A stretch of 64,000 bases of DNA from an uncultured Actinomycetes bacterium (lineage in GTDB: Bacteria; Actinomycetota; Acidimicrobiia; Acidimicrobiales; RAAP-2). A model generated the notes under the pieces. The model was not told where the DNA came from, searched no databases, and saw only the letters and a program-made list of their open reading frames with translations. Made by a program: the position numbers and the translations under genes. This document shows, in pieces, positions 16,867 through 28,344 of the stretch. Within the stretch, counting starts at the first letter, position 1. Each line of letters starts with the position of its first letter. The stretch spans positions 1,629-65,628 of the forward strand of contig CAIKNP010000007.1 in assembly GCA_903828785.1 (NCBI GenBank). Reading direction: 5' to 3'.

Positions 16867-18095
16867 GTAACCGGGTTTCGCTCGCGGAACGCGTCGGCGT
16901 GATGTTCCTGGTTTTCCATCACCGCCACCAAGTGTTCAACGGCGTCGTAGACGTCAACGAAGCGCAGGTAGAGGGGAGCAAAGCCGAAGCGCGCGATGTT
17001 GGGATCACGAAAGTCACCAATGACTCCTCGAGCAATTAAGGCTTGAATGATGCCGTAGCTGTCGGCGTGGCGCAGTGAGACCTGCGAACCGCGGCGAGCG
17101 TGGTCTCGCGGGGTGGCCAACTCGAAGACCCCCGGCAAGCGATCATCGATCGCGTCAATGAAGAGGTCCGTCAGGGCCAGGCTCTTTTCGCGTAGGGCGC
17201 TCATGGAGCTACGCGCAAAGACGTCGAGAGATCCGTCGAGGGCAGCCAGGGCCAAAATGGAAGGGGACGAGGTGACAAATTTTCGAATCCCCGCTGCCGA
17301 TTCATAGTCCAGCACGAAATCAAAGGGGCGAGCGTGCCCGAGCCAACCCGAGAGCGGATTTTCCAATTGCTCCAGCCAGCGCGACGCCACGTACCCAAAG
17401 GCGGGGGCTCCCGGGCCACCGTTTAAATACTTGTAACCACAGCCGGCGGCGAAGTCCACCTTGGCGGCGGTCACGTCAAGGGGCACGGCGCCAGTGGAGT
17501 GCGCGAAGTCCCACAACATCAAAGCACCCGCCGCGTGCGTGAGGGCGGTAATGCCGGCGACGTCAAGTTGCTCACCAGTGCGAAAATCCACCTGCGTCAA
17601 CATCACCAGGGCGACGTCGTCGTTCAAGTGCTCCGCCAGTGCGTTGCGATCAATGGCGCGAACCTCGACTGGCCGCCCCGCCTGCGTCGCCATGGCTTCG
17701 GCGATGTAAACGTCGGAGTGGAAATTGCGGTTGTCGGTGATGATGACGTGACGATCGGGTCGCAAACGCAGGGCGCCGCCAATCAATTTCGCCAACATGA
17801 TGGTCAAGGTGTCGGCCACCAAAACCTCGCCGGGCTGGGCGCCGATGAGGGGAGCCAGTTTGTCACCCAGCCGCAGTGGCATATCCATCCAGCCAGCGGC
17901 GTTCCAGGATCGAATCATTCCCACGGGCCACTCCTGGTCAACGACGTCGCGCACTCGCTGCTGGGCGGAACGACTGAGGGGGCCGAGGGAATTACCGTCG
18001 AGATAAATCTCGCCCTCGTTGAGCAGAAACTCGTGTCGTAGCGGGGCGAGCGGATCGACCTCATCTCGCGCGATACAGGCATCTCGAGTTATCAC
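16863..18095 (-). CDS. kynU: Kynureninase
   Basis: It has YLDGNSLGP and GCGYKYLNGGPGAP motifs. The start is set at GTG 18095, which forms a GTGA overlap with the kynA stop. The listed longer ORF would overlap kynA by 145 nt. Confidence 0.85.
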   Translation of the reverse strand: MITRDACIARDEVDPLAPLRHEFLLNEGEIYLDGNSLGPLSRSAQQRVRDVVDQEWPVGMIRSWNAAGWMDMPLRLGDKLAPLIGAQPGEVLVADTLTIMLAKLIGGALRLRPDRHVIITDNRNFHSDVYIAEAMATQAGRPVEVRAIDRNALAEHLNDDVALVMLTQVDFRTGEQLDVAGITALTHAAGALMLWDFAHSTGAVPLDVTAAKVDFAAGCGYKYLNGGPGAPAFGYVASRWLEQLENPLSGWLGHARPFDFVLDYESAAGIRKFVTSSPSILALAALDGSLDVFARSSMSALREKSLALTDLFIDAIDDRLPGVFELATPRDHARRGSQVSLRHADSYGIIQALIARGVIGDFRDPNIARFGFAPLYLRFVDVYDAVEHLVAVMENQEHHADAFRERNPVT

Positions 18096-18844
18096 AGTAC
18101 GGACCTCACTTCCCAGAGTTGGGGATAGAGACGCTGGCCAAGCGTCGTTTCTAAATAAGCCATTCCGGCTGAACCACCCGTTCCCGGTCGGCGCCCGATT
18201 TGACGTCCCGCCATCAGCATGTGCTGGTGGCGCCACATGGACAGAAACTCGTCGTGATCCATCATCAGTTCCGCCACTGCGTGCAAGGCGGCTCGTGGGG
18301 CACTGTGGTGGGATCGATAGAGCGCCGCGATCATGGCCAGCTCGTCTTCGCCGCCCTCCTCGACAATTGCCTTGGTGGCGTGAAGGAAACCCCCAAAGAG
18401 CGAGGGGGCTTCACTCATGGCCCGTAGCCACTCGCGCGTCTCTTCGGAAAATAAGGAGAAGGACAGCATCTCTCGCTTGCCGCCGCCGCTCAAAAACTCA
18501 ATCGCGCGAAATTGAAAGGATTGAAAACCCGAGGCCGGGTCCAGTGGGTCTCTAAAGGCGAGGAAACCCTCCGGTGACATCGTCTCGAGGACGCGCAGGT
18601 GTTGAAGCAAGAGTGTTTCGACCGAAACCAGACGACGCAGCGGGGCCAAGGCATTCCAGGGTTCGTCGGCCCAGAGGAAACGATTGGCTTGCTGTAACTC
18701 GTCAATCATCACCTTGAACCAAAGTTCGTAACTCTGGTGCACGACGATGAACAACAACTCGTCGTGCGCTCCGGGCGTCAAGGGTAACTGTAAATCGAGC
18801 AGATCATCGATTTTTAGGTACGAGGAGTAATCGGTTCCAGCCAC
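18092..18844 (-). CDS. kynA: Tryptophan 2,3-dioxygenase
   Basis: It has YSSYLKIDDLLDLQ and FIVVHQSYELWFK motifs; 250 aa. Confidence 0.9.
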   Translation of the reverse strand: MAGTDYSSYLKIDDLLDLQLPLTPGAHDELLFIVVHQSYELWFKVMIDELQQANRFLWADEPWNALAPLRRLVSVETLLLQHLRVLETMSPEGFLAFRDPLDPASGFQSFQFRAIEFLSGGGKREMLSFSLFSEETREWLRAMSEAPSLFGGFLHATKAIVEEGGEDELAMIAALYRSHHSAPRAALHAVAELMMDHDEFLSMWRHQHMLMAGRQIGRRPGTGGSAGMAYLETTLGQRLYPQLWEVRSVL

Positions 18845-18877
18845 CTCGCCAGACTACGACGCCTACGCCACCCAGTG

Positions 18878-20554
<1,677 letters not shown>

Positions 20555-20610
20555 GTTCCCATTCTCCCACGTCCCCCACCTTGCGCGAAAACACCTCATG
20601 TACCTTTAAA

Positions 20611-22107
20611 GTGGTTACCGTGCCCCAAACTCCAAACCCCCTGCATCGTCACGCCCCCGACTGGCTCATTCTCACGATTGCCTGCATCGCGCAGTTCATG
20701 GTGGTGCTCGACGTATCAATCGTCAACGTGGCCTTACCCCACATGGGACTCGACCTCGGTCTCAACCAGACCAAAGCCCAGTGGGTCATCAACGCCTACG
20801 TACTGACCTTCGCTGGCTTCCTACTGCTGGGCGGACGTTGCGCTGACCTCTTTGGTCGACGCAGGGTCTATCTCGTTGGTGTCCTGATTTTCACCCTGGC
20901 ATCCGTGGCGGCCGGCGTTTCGCACAGCGCTACTGAAATGATTGTCGCCCGAGCCGTTCAGGGTCTCGGAGGCGCGATCTTGTCCCCCGCCACGCTTACC
21001 ATCATCGTTACCACTTTCCACGGTGCGCGTATGCCTAAGGCCATCGGTGCGTGGAGTGCCGTCGCCGGCGCCGGCGGGGCCGTCGGCGGTCTCGCCGGAG
21101 GTCTCCTCACGGGTCTCGTGTCCTGGCGCTGGATTTTCTTCATCAACGTGCCCTTCGGGATCATCGCGACCGTGGCGGCGGTCATGTACCTCCAGGAACT
21201 GCGTAATCAGGACGCTTCGTCAAAGCTCGACATCACCGGGGCCTTTTTGATTACTGGTGGCCTGACGGCACTTATCTACGGTGTGGTGAACACCACCACC
21301 CAAGGCTGGGGCGCCACGTCAATCCACGAGTGGTTCGCGCTCGCGGCCGTCGGCATCATTGGATTCGTCTTTTGGGAGGCCAAAGTGGCTTCCCAGCCCC
21401 TCGTGGCCTTTCGTATTTTTCATTCGCGCCCGCTCACCGTGGCGAATCTGGTGATGCTCTTGGCCGGTGGAGCATTCTTCTCCATGTGGTTCTTCTTGAC
21501 CTACTACTTCCAGGTCATTCTTGGCTACGGCGCAGTACGGGCGGGATTCTCCTTCCTGCCCATGGCCGTGGCCATCATCATTGGTTCGCAGGTATCCGCC
21601 CACCTATTGGGCAAAACCGGCGTTCGTCCCCTACTGCTCATAGGTTCGCTGCTGGCGACGGTGGGCTTTTACTGGCTCTCATTGATTACCGTCCATAGTT
21701 CCTACTGGGCGAACCTCCTGCCCCCCTCCTTTGTCGCCTCCTTCGCCATGGGTCTGCTCTTCGCCCCCCTGGCGACGGCCGCGACTGCCAAAGTCGACCG
21801 CAGGGACGCCGGATTGGCCTCGGGGGTGCTGAATTCATCACGCCAAATCGGTGGATCGCTGTCTCTCGCCATTTTGGGGACGGTGGCTGCTGACCGCACC
21901 GCCAGTGCCCTGCACGGCCTTATGACCCCTTCAATGGCGGCCACCCACGTCGCGTACGTCGAGGGCTACGTCCGAGCGTTCCAGTGTGCGGGTGTCGTTA
22001 CGCTGGTGGCCTTTTTCGTCTCCCTGGCCCTGCCCGCTGGCGTGGGGCACCATTCCAGCCACGGACCAGCAGTTTCACCCGAAACAGTCAGCGGCGCCGG
22101 CCACTAG
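20611..22107 (+). CDS. MFS transporter, DHA2 (EmrB/QacA-like, 14 helices)
   Basis: It has LDVSIVNVALPHM and GGRCADLFGRRRVYL motifs. The start is uncertain (TTG 20581, GTG 20611 or GTG 20620). Confidence 0.8.
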   Translation: MVTVPQTPNPLHRHAPDWLILTIACIAQFMVVLDVSIVNVALPHMGLDLGLNQTKAQWVINAYVLTFAGFLLLGGRCADLFGRRRVYLVGVLIFTLASVAAGVSHSATEMIVARAVQGLGGAILSPATLTIIVTTFHGARMPKAIGAWSAVAGAGGAVGGLAGGLLTGLVSWRWIFFINVPFGIIATVAAVMYLQELRNQDASSKLDITGAFLITGGLTALIYGVVNTTTQGWGATSIHEWFALAAVGIIGFVFWEAKVASQPLVAFRIFHSRPLTVANLVMLLAGGAFFSMWFFLTYYFQVILGYGAVRAGFSFLPMAVAIIIGSQVSAHLLGKTGVRPLLLIGSLLATVGFYWLSLITVHSSYWANLLPPSFVASFAMGLLFAPLATAATAKVDRRDAGLASGVLNSSRQIGGSLSLAILGTVAADRTASALHGLMTPSMAATHVAYVEGYVRAFQCAGVVTLVAFFVSLALPAGVGHHSSHGPAVSPETVSGAGH

Positions 22108-22259
22108 CGATAAAACTTTTTCGGCGGCACTTCGCTGAGGACGCTGGCGCCCGAGTAGTGTCAAATTCGACAAAGTTATTGGGTGGTCGTTCTTCGTTGT
22201 CGGCGAAGCGGCCACGCAGTGACAAAATCACTAGGACACTAAAGAAAAAGGGAGAATGT

Positions 22260-23354
22260 ATGAAGAAGTTTCAGCGATTCAGTCTCATTCTCAGTAGCAG
22301 TGCACTCGTCATGAGTGCGTTGACGCTGAGCGTTGGCGGATCAACAATTGCCTCGGCCGCTGGTTTCAAAGCCTGCATCGTCACCGACACCGGTGGTATT
22401 AACGACAAGTCTTTCAACGCCTCCGCCTACCAGGGTTTGAAGGACGCCAAGATGGTCGACCCCAGCATCGAGATTGACTACTTGTCATCCTTAGCCGAGA
22501 CCGACTATGCCCCGAACATCCGCGCTTTCGAGCACCAGGGTTGCAACATCATCATTACGGTTGGTTTCTTGATGGACGCCGCTACCACGGCTGCCGCCAA
22601 CGCTGACCCCAAGCAGAAGTTCGCCATTGTTGACGACGCTCCCATGACGAAGTCGAAGAACGTTCTGGCCCTGCAGTACAACACGAACCAGGCCGCCTTC
22701 CTCGGTGGATACCTGGACGCCGCCACCTCGAAGACCGGCGTCGTCGCCACCTACGGTGGAATGAACTTCTCCACCGTCGCGATGTACGAAAGCGGATTTG
22801 TTGCCGGCGTTCGGTACTACGACATGAAGAACCACGCCAAGGTCAAGGTTCTGGGCTTCACGCCTGGTGCGGGTGCCTGCACCCTGGCCAACTGCCCCGG
22901 CACTGGTACCTTCATCGGTAACTTCACCGACCAGACCGCTGGTAAGCAAGACACCGCTACCTTCTTCGCGCAGGGTGCCGACATTGTGTTCCCCGTTGCT
23001 GGTTCCGTGGGCCTCGGCTCCGTGGCCGCCGCGCAGCAGGCCGGCGCTGGTCACAGCGTGACCTGGGTTGACTCCAACGGTTGCGTCTCGGACAAGGCCC
23101 AGTGCAAGTGGTTCAACGCCACGGTCGCCAAGGGTGTTGAGCCCTCGGTTGCCGCAGCGGTCGAGTCGGCCTTCGCTGGCAAGTTCAAGGGTGGCACCTA
23201 CTACGGCACCCTGGCCAACGGTGGCACCGCGCTGGAGTACAACTCCACCACGGCTTCCGCTTCGCTGAAGGCGACCATTGCCGCCCTCACCAAGGGCATC
23301 GAGTCGGGCAACATTTCGGTGAACCCCAACCGCTACCCCGGTACCCCGAATTGA
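22260..23354 (+). CDS. BMP-family (PnrA-like) ABC transporter substrate-binding protein, nucleoside-type
   Basis: ATG 22260 is preceded by the SD AAGGGAG. It has a signal peptide and then CIVTDTGGINDKSFN, typical of BMP/PnrA purine-nucleoside-binding proteins. The listed ORF from 21984 is an upstream extension. Confidence 0.85.
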   Translation: MKKFQRFSLILSSSALVMSALTLSVGGSTIASAAGFKACIVTDTGGINDKSFNASAYQGLKDAKMVDPSIEIDYLSSLAETDYAPNIRAFEHQGCNIIITVGFLMDAATTAAANADPKQKFAIVDDAPMTKSKNVLALQYNTNQAAFLGGYLDAATSKTGVVATYGGMNFSTVAMYESGFVAGVRYYDMKNHAKVKVLGFTPGAGACTLANCPGTGTFIGNFTDQTAGKQDTATFFAQGADIVFPVAGSVGLGSVAAAQQAGAGHSVTWVDSNGCVSDKAQCKWFNATVAKGVEPSVAAAVESAFAGKFKGGTYYGTLANGGTALEYNSTTASASLKATIAALTKGIESGNISVNPNRYPGTPN

Positions 23355-23384
23355 TCGACTAGTTCGATCGCGGTACGCCGATGT

Positions 23385-23421
23385 GAAAAAGACCCGGGTC
23401 CTCGTGACCCGGGTCTTTTTC
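23385..23421 (+). terminator. Perfect 16-bp stem hairpin (GAAAAAGACCCGGGTC-ctcgt-GACCCGGGTCTTTTTC), terminator/attenuator-like, between the binding-protein gene and the ATPase gene
   Basis: The inverted repeat is read directly. A GC-rich core is flanked by an A5 run and a T5 run, so it could act in both orientations. Confidence 0.7.
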
Positions 23422-23439
23422 GTGACTACCATTACTGGC

Positions 23440-24942
23440 ATGCGAGTTGAGCTCCGAGGGGTAACCAAGCGGTTTGGCTCATTCACCGCCAACAATCAGA
23501 TTTCGCTCACCGTCGAGCCGGGGCAGATCCACTGCCTGCTGGGTGAGAATGGTGCCGGCAAATCAACCTTGATGAATATTCTCTTTGGCATGCTGCACGC
23601 CGAGGAGGGCGAAATCGTCATCGACGGCCAGGCGGTACGCTTCGCCGATTCGGGTGAAGCCGTTCGCCGAGGCATAGGTATGGTTCACCAACACTTCATG
23701 CTGGTCCCGGTCTTTACCGTCGCCGAGAACGTGGTTCTTGGTTTTGAACCCACCAAGTCTCTGGGCCGAGTAAACCACCGAGCCGCCAACGACATGATTC
23801 ACGAATTGAGTTCACGTTTCGGCCTCGACGTTGACCCCGACGCCCTCGTCGAAAATTTGTCCGTTGGTCTTCAACAGCGGGTGGAAATTCTAAAGGCCCT
23901 CTCGCACGACGCCGAACTACTCATTTTGGACGAACCCACCGCGGTGTTAACGCCCCAGGAGATCGAGAGTTTGATGGCCATCATGCGCTCATTGGCCAGC
24001 GCCGGGAAGTCAATTCTCTTCATTACCCACAAACTCAAAGAGGTACAGGCGGTGGGTGACGTTATTACGGTCATCCGACACGGTGAGGTGGTGGGCTCGG
24101 TTCCCGCGACAACCTCTGAGGCAGATTTAGCCACCTTGATGGTGGGCCGCGACGTGAGTTTTTCGGTGACCAAAGAAGTCGTCGAAGCCGGGCCGGCCGT
24201 GCTCTCCTTGCGCGACGTCGTCATCCGAGACGACCGAGGAATCTCCGTCGTCAACGGAGTCTCGCTCGACGTTAATGGGGGCCAAATTATGGCCATCGCT
24301 GGCGTGCAGGGCAATGGGCAGACCGAGTTAGTGGAAGCAATCGCCGGACTGCGTCACGTGGAATCGGGCACCATCACACTGGGTGGTCGCGACATCACGA
24401 ACAAGACGCCACGGCAAATTCTTGACGCGGGGCTGGGCCACGTTCCCGAAGACCGGCAGCGCGATGGACTCGTCCTCTCGATGAGTATTGAGGACAACCT
24501 CGTTCTCAATACCGCGCACTTCCGACCCTTCGCGAAGGGTTGGAGCAGAAACCTGCCGGCGGTGTCGAGTAACGCCGCCGATCTGGTCGAACGATTCGAC
24601 GTCCGCACCACCTCCATCACCGCCGACGTCGGATCGCTTTCCGGCGGTAACCAACAAAAAGTCATCGTGGCTCGTGAGTTGTCTCGTCCCCTGACCTGCT
24701 TCATGGCGGCCCAACCCACGCGCGGACTCGACGTGGGATCGATTGAGTACGTGCACCGTCAAATTGTCGAACAGCGCAACCAGGGCCTAGGGGTCCTCAT
24801 TGTTTCGTCAGAACTCGACGAGGTGCTTTCCCTCGGTGACCGCGTGGCGGTTATGTTTTCGGGTCAGGTAGTTGGCGTTGTCGACCCCCAAGTGGGACGA
24901 GAAACCATTGGCCTCATGATGGCCGGGGCAAAGCCCGAATGA
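23440..24942 (+). CDS. ABC transporter ATP-binding protein (duplicated cassette, sugar/nucleoside importer type)
   Basis: It has GENGAGKST, LSVGLQQRVEI and LSGGNQQKVIVA. The start is at ATG 23440 (MRVELRGVTKRF). Confidence 0.9.
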   Translation: MRVELRGVTKRFGSFTANNQISLTVEPGQIHCLLGENGAGKSTLMNILFGMLHAEEGEIVIDGQAVRFADSGEAVRRGIGMVHQHFMLVPVFTVAENVVLGFEPTKSLGRVNHRAANDMIHELSSRFGLDVDPDALVENLSVGLQQRVEILKALSHDAELLILDEPTAVLTPQEIESLMAIMRSLASAGKSILFITHKLKEVQAVGDVITVIRHGEVVGSVPATTSEADLATLMVGRDVSFSVTKEVVEAGPAVLSLRDVVIRDDRGISVVNGVSLDVNGGQIMAIAGVQGNGQTELVEAIAGLRHVESGTITLGGRDITNKTPRQILDAGLGHVPEDRQRDGLVLSMSIEDNLVLNTAHFRPFAKGWSRNLPAVSSNAADLVERFDVRTTSITADVGSLSGGNQQKVIVARELSRPLTCFMAAQPTRGLDVGSIEYVHRQIVEQRNQGLGVLIVSSELDEVLSLGDRVAVMFSGQVVGVVDPQVGRETIGLMMAGAKPE

Positions 24943-26174
24943 AAATCTGGAACTTCCTCAAGCGTTTGAATGCGCGGGGACCGGCGGCCACTGCCTTCTT
25001 CGCCCTCATTTTGGGATTCATTATTGGCGCCTTGGTCATCATCGCGACCACGGCGGTAGTCCTCAACGCTTGGCGACACGTGTTTTCTTCGCCCACCGCG
25101 ATTTTTTCGGCGCTCAAAGTGACCTTTGACAATGTTGGCGCCGCCTACCGCGCAATATTCATTGGCGCCGTCGGTTCGCCATCCGCCTACAGCCACTCAA
25201 TCACGACCGGCCAAGGGTGGACGAACACCATTGACCCCTTGTCCGAAACACTGACCTACGCCACGCCACTGGCCATTGCCTCCATTGCCGTGTGTATCGC
25301 CTTTCGCACGGGTATCTTCAACATTGGGGCCAACGGACAAGCCATCTTGGGAGGCATCGCCGGCGCCTGGGCCGGATCAATGGTGCACCTGCCCACGGCG
25401 CTGCACATTCCCTTCACTCTCATCCTCGGGGTGCTCGGCGGAGCGCTCGGCGGACTTATTCCCGGGGTCTTGAAGGCCTACGCCGGTGCCCACGAGGTCA
25501 TCGTCACCCTCATGCTGAATTACATCATTGCCTTCTTCCTGCTCTACGTCACTTTGTCAACCGCGCTCCAGCAGCCCGGGCAGGCCAACGACATTTCTCG
25601 AACCATCGACGGCTCCGCGGTGCTTCCGCCGATTTTCGGCACGGGCTCGGGTCTTCGCGTAAGTTACGGCCTCTTCATCGCCGCCGCGGTTGTGCTCTTT
25701 GGCTGGTGGTTTCTGAATCGAAGCACCCTGGGCTTCGACTTTCGCATTACCGGGGCCAACCCCCACGCCGCTCGAGCCGCGGGAATTAATGCTCGTCGCG
25801 TCATCATTTTCGTATTCCTCATTTCCGGCGGTCTGGCCGGCCTCGCCGGGGAAGTTCAAATGGCGTCGACGACTCACTTCGTCGACGGGGGCTTCCTCAT
25901 CGGTTCGGCGGGCGTTGGCTTCACCGCTATCACCGTCGCCCTCCTCGGGCGCAATGAACCCATGGGCATCGTTTGGGGATCCTTGCTCTTCGCGGCCCTC
26001 AACGTTGGCGGCCGAACGATGCAAGCGTCCACCGGTATTCCCCTTGATCTGGCCGCCATTATCCAGTCCATCGTGGTGCTCTTCGTCGCTTCTCCCGTTC
26101 TCGTCAAGGAAATTTTCCGACTGCACACGACGACCGAAGCCGTCCAGCTCGCAACGAAGGGATGGGGGCAATGA
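24939..26174 (+). CDS. ABC transporter permease (BMP/nucleoside system)
   Basis: 411-aa polytopic protein with an ATGA overlap with the ATPase gene. Confidence 0.85.
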   Translation: MKIWNFLKRLNARGPAATAFFALILGFIIGALVIIATTAVVLNAWRHVFSSPTAIFSALKVTFDNVGAAYRAIFIGAVGSPSAYSHSITTGQGWTNTIDPLSETLTYATPLAIASIAVCIAFRTGIFNIGANGQAILGGIAGAWAGSMVHLPTALHIPFTLILGVLGGALGGLIPGVLKAYAGAHEVIVTLMLNYIIAFFLLYVTLSTALQQPGQANDISRTIDGSAVLPPIFGTGSGLRVSYGLFIAAAVVLFGWWFLNRSTLGFDFRITGANPHAARAAGINARRVIIFVFLISGGLAGLAGEVQMASTTHFVDGGFLIGSAGVGFTAITVALLGRNEPMGIVWGSLLFAALNVGGRTMQASTGIPLDLAAIIQSIVVLFVASPVLVKEIFRLHTTTEAVQLATKGWGQ

Positions 26175-27463
26175 GCGTCGAAACAGTCGAAGTGACCAAA
26201 GCACTCAAGCAGCCCCACGGGCGCTCACGCGTGATTGCCGGCATCATCGTGGGCCTGGGGCTCTTCGTCGCTTTAGTCTTTGGCCTGGGTTCGTCGGGTC
26301 GCGCCAAGTCGCAATTCACCTTTTCCCCGGTGAATCTCAGCAGCAACGCCCCCTGGCACCTCGGGGCCTTGACCGTCAATACTCGCGGTTGGAACGTGGT
26401 TCTGGGAGTACTTATTATCGCCCTGGGGACAGAGGTATGGGTACGCCGACCTCGCGCGCCCATGCTGCGATTTGGTCTGAGCAGTATTATTTTTCTCTTC
26501 GCGCTCCTGTTCTGGGCCTGTCGAACACCGGGACCCTCGCAGATTCCTTTCGTCAATCTCACCGCCACCCTCGCGGGTTCGGTCGGCATCGCCATGGTGC
26601 TCATGTACGGATCACTGTCGGGCGTCTTGTGTGAGCGCGCCGGTGTCGTCAACATCGCCATCGAGGGGCAATTCCTCGGGGGTGCCTTTTTCGGTTCCAT
26701 GGTGGTCTCGGTCACCAACAGCTTCCTCTACGCCGCCCTGGCCGGCGCCCTCTTTGGGGCCTTGCTGGGTTGGCTACTGGCCTTCCTCGCTATTCGCTAT
26801 ATGTCCGACCAGGTCATTGTCGGCGTGGTCATTGTCACCATGATGGCCTCCCTGAGCTCCTACCTCAATCTGCAAGTGCTCACGCCCTACCCCAACTTCA
26901 ATCTCGGCAACACCGCGAGCACGACGGGCATCCCCCTGCTCGACAAAATTCCCGTGCTCGGGCCGGTGTTGTTTAACGAAACCTGGTTCTTCTATCTCGC
27001 CGTTGCGCTGGTGGCCCTGGTGAGTTTCGGACTCTTCAAGACCCGTTGGGGCTTGCGCGTGCGAGCGGTGGGCGAACACCCCAAGGCGGCCGAATCGGTG
27101 GGAATCAACGTTGCGCGCACCCGCTACCGCAACGTGATCATGGGCGGAGCCGTGGCGGGATTGGGCGGGGTGGCCTTTATGGCTACGCAGGGACAGTTTC
27201 AGCCCGGCTACACCTCGGGCCTGGGCTACGTGGCCTTGGCAGCGCTGATCTTCGGACGCTGGAAGCCCTCTGGCGCCGTGGTGGCTTCGATCTTGTTCGG
27301 GCTTTCGGCCTTCCTCGCCAACGGCCTCCAGAGCTACTCGGTACCCGTATCGAGTGAGATCATCGGCATGTTCCCTTACATCATCACCATTGCGGTGGTG
27401 GCGGGACTCATCGGTCGAGTCCGACCTCCGGCCGCCGACGGTGTGCCCTTCAAGCGCTCTTAG
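26171..27463 (+). CDS. ABC transporter permease (second subunit)
   Basis: Polytopic protein. ATG 26171 gives an ATGA overlap with the previous gene (the alternative ATG is 26162). Confidence 0.85.
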   Translation: MSVETVEVTKALKQPHGRSRVIAGIIVGLGLFVALVFGLGSSGRAKSQFTFSPVNLSSNAPWHLGALTVNTRGWNVVLGVLIIALGTEVWVRRPRAPMLRFGLSSIIFLFALLFWACRTPGPSQIPFVNLTATLAGSVGIAMVLMYGSLSGVLCERAGVVNIAIEGQFLGGAFFGSMVVSVTNSFLYAALAGALFGALLGWLLAFLAIRYMSDQVIVGVVIVTMMASLSSYLNLQVLTPYPNFNLGNTASTTGIPLLDKIPVLGPVLFNETWFFYLAVALVALVSFGLFKTRWGLRVRAVGEHPKAAESVGINVARTRYRNVIMGGAVAGLGGVAFMATQGQFQPGYTSGLGYVALAALIFGRWKPSGAVVASILFGLSAFLANGLQSYSVPVSSEIIGMFPYIITIAVVAGLIGRVRPPAADGVPFKRS

Positions 27464-28344
27464 CCGCGCGCGCCCAGACCACTAACGACCTCGGCCGCGG
27501 TACGCATGGCCGCGGCGAGAGACGCCGCGACGTCGTGGCCATTGAGGCGCCACGCCAGGTAGGCCCCCGTCGCCGCGTCACCGGCGCCCGTGGTGTCCAG
27601 CACTTCAGCAACCAGGGCCGGGCTGCTCGTGCGCCGCCCATCCTTCACGGCCACGGCTCCCTGGCCACCCTGCGTGACGACCACTTCGCCAGCGAGGGAA
27701 GCGAGTTCGTCCAGGGCCGTTTCCAGCGTCGAGGCTCCCGTGAGCACGAGCGCTTCATCGTGGTTGGCAAAGAGCAGATCCACGCCGGCGACACGACGAA
27801 GAAACTCCTCGGGCCCCAGCTGCCGCAAGGGATACCAGGAACAAACGTCCACCGAAGTGGTGGCGCCGCGCTCCTGCGCTTCGTGCAAGACCGCAGGTAT
27901 CCACTCCCCGTGGCGGGGCTGGAGCACGGTGTATCCCGAGAGGTGCAGGTGCGTCAGATCGTCGTCCATCGCCGAACGCACCTGCGCCACGTCCAGGTCG
28001 TCATTCGCTCCTCGATCGGTCAACATGCTGCGCTCGCCGCTCTGGTCGACGATGGAAACCAAGGTGCCCGTGGCCCTCGTTGAGGTGGCCAAGTGCGCTC
28101 GCACCCCATGGCGCCGTAAATCGTCGGCGAAACGTTGACCCATCTCGTCGGCCCCGGCGCAGCCGACGTACACAACGTCGGCTGGGGTGCTGAGAGCGCC
28201 GCGTAGAACGACCGCGAGATTAGCGGCGGCCGCTCCCCGGGTCGTGACGATGCGCGCGGCGGTATCACTGCCCACCGCCAGGGCGTGATCGGGTCGAACG
28301 ACCACGTCCCACATGACGTCGCCAACGACGAGAACGCTGCTCAC
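27460..28344 (-). CDS. psuK: PfkB-family carbohydrate kinase, probable pseudouridine kinase
   Basis: It has the DTTGAGDAATGAY motif and a 4-nt overlap with psuG upstream. The substrate assignment is by context only. Confidence 0.65.
   Translation of the reverse strand: MSSVLVVGDVMWDVVVRPDHALAVGSDTAARIVTTRGAAAANLAVVLRGALSTPADVVYVGCAGADEMGQRFADDLRRHGVRAHLATSTRATGTLVSIVDQSGERSMLTDRGANDDLDVAQVRSAMDDDLTHLHLSGYTVLQPRHGEWIPAVLHEAQERGATTSVDVCSWYPLRQLGPEEFLRRVAGVDLLFANHDEALVLTGASTLETALDELASLAGEVVVTQGGQGAVAVKDGRRTSSPALVAEVLDTTGAGDAATGAYLAWRLNGHDVAASLAAAMRTAAEVVSGLGARG

Noticed and set aside
21984-22259. Long N-terminal extension of the BMP binding-protein ORF. Similar upstream extensions occur at 8733-8912, 8246-8368, 23383-23439, 51503-51649, 18096-18236 and 20555-20599.
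   Set aside because: The extensions overlap neighbouring genes or lack protein-like composition. Internal starts with an SD sequence, a signal peptide or an ATGA/GTGA coupling give products that begin like their families.
22108-22259. Possible purine, 2-prime-deoxyguanosine or preQ1 riboswitch in the 150-nt leader of the nucleoside importer operon.
   Set aside because: I could not find the conserved three-way-junction core or loop-loop sequences of purine riboswitches, or any other riboswitch core I know. Only a weak 6-bp inverted repeat is present. An Rfam scan would settle it.
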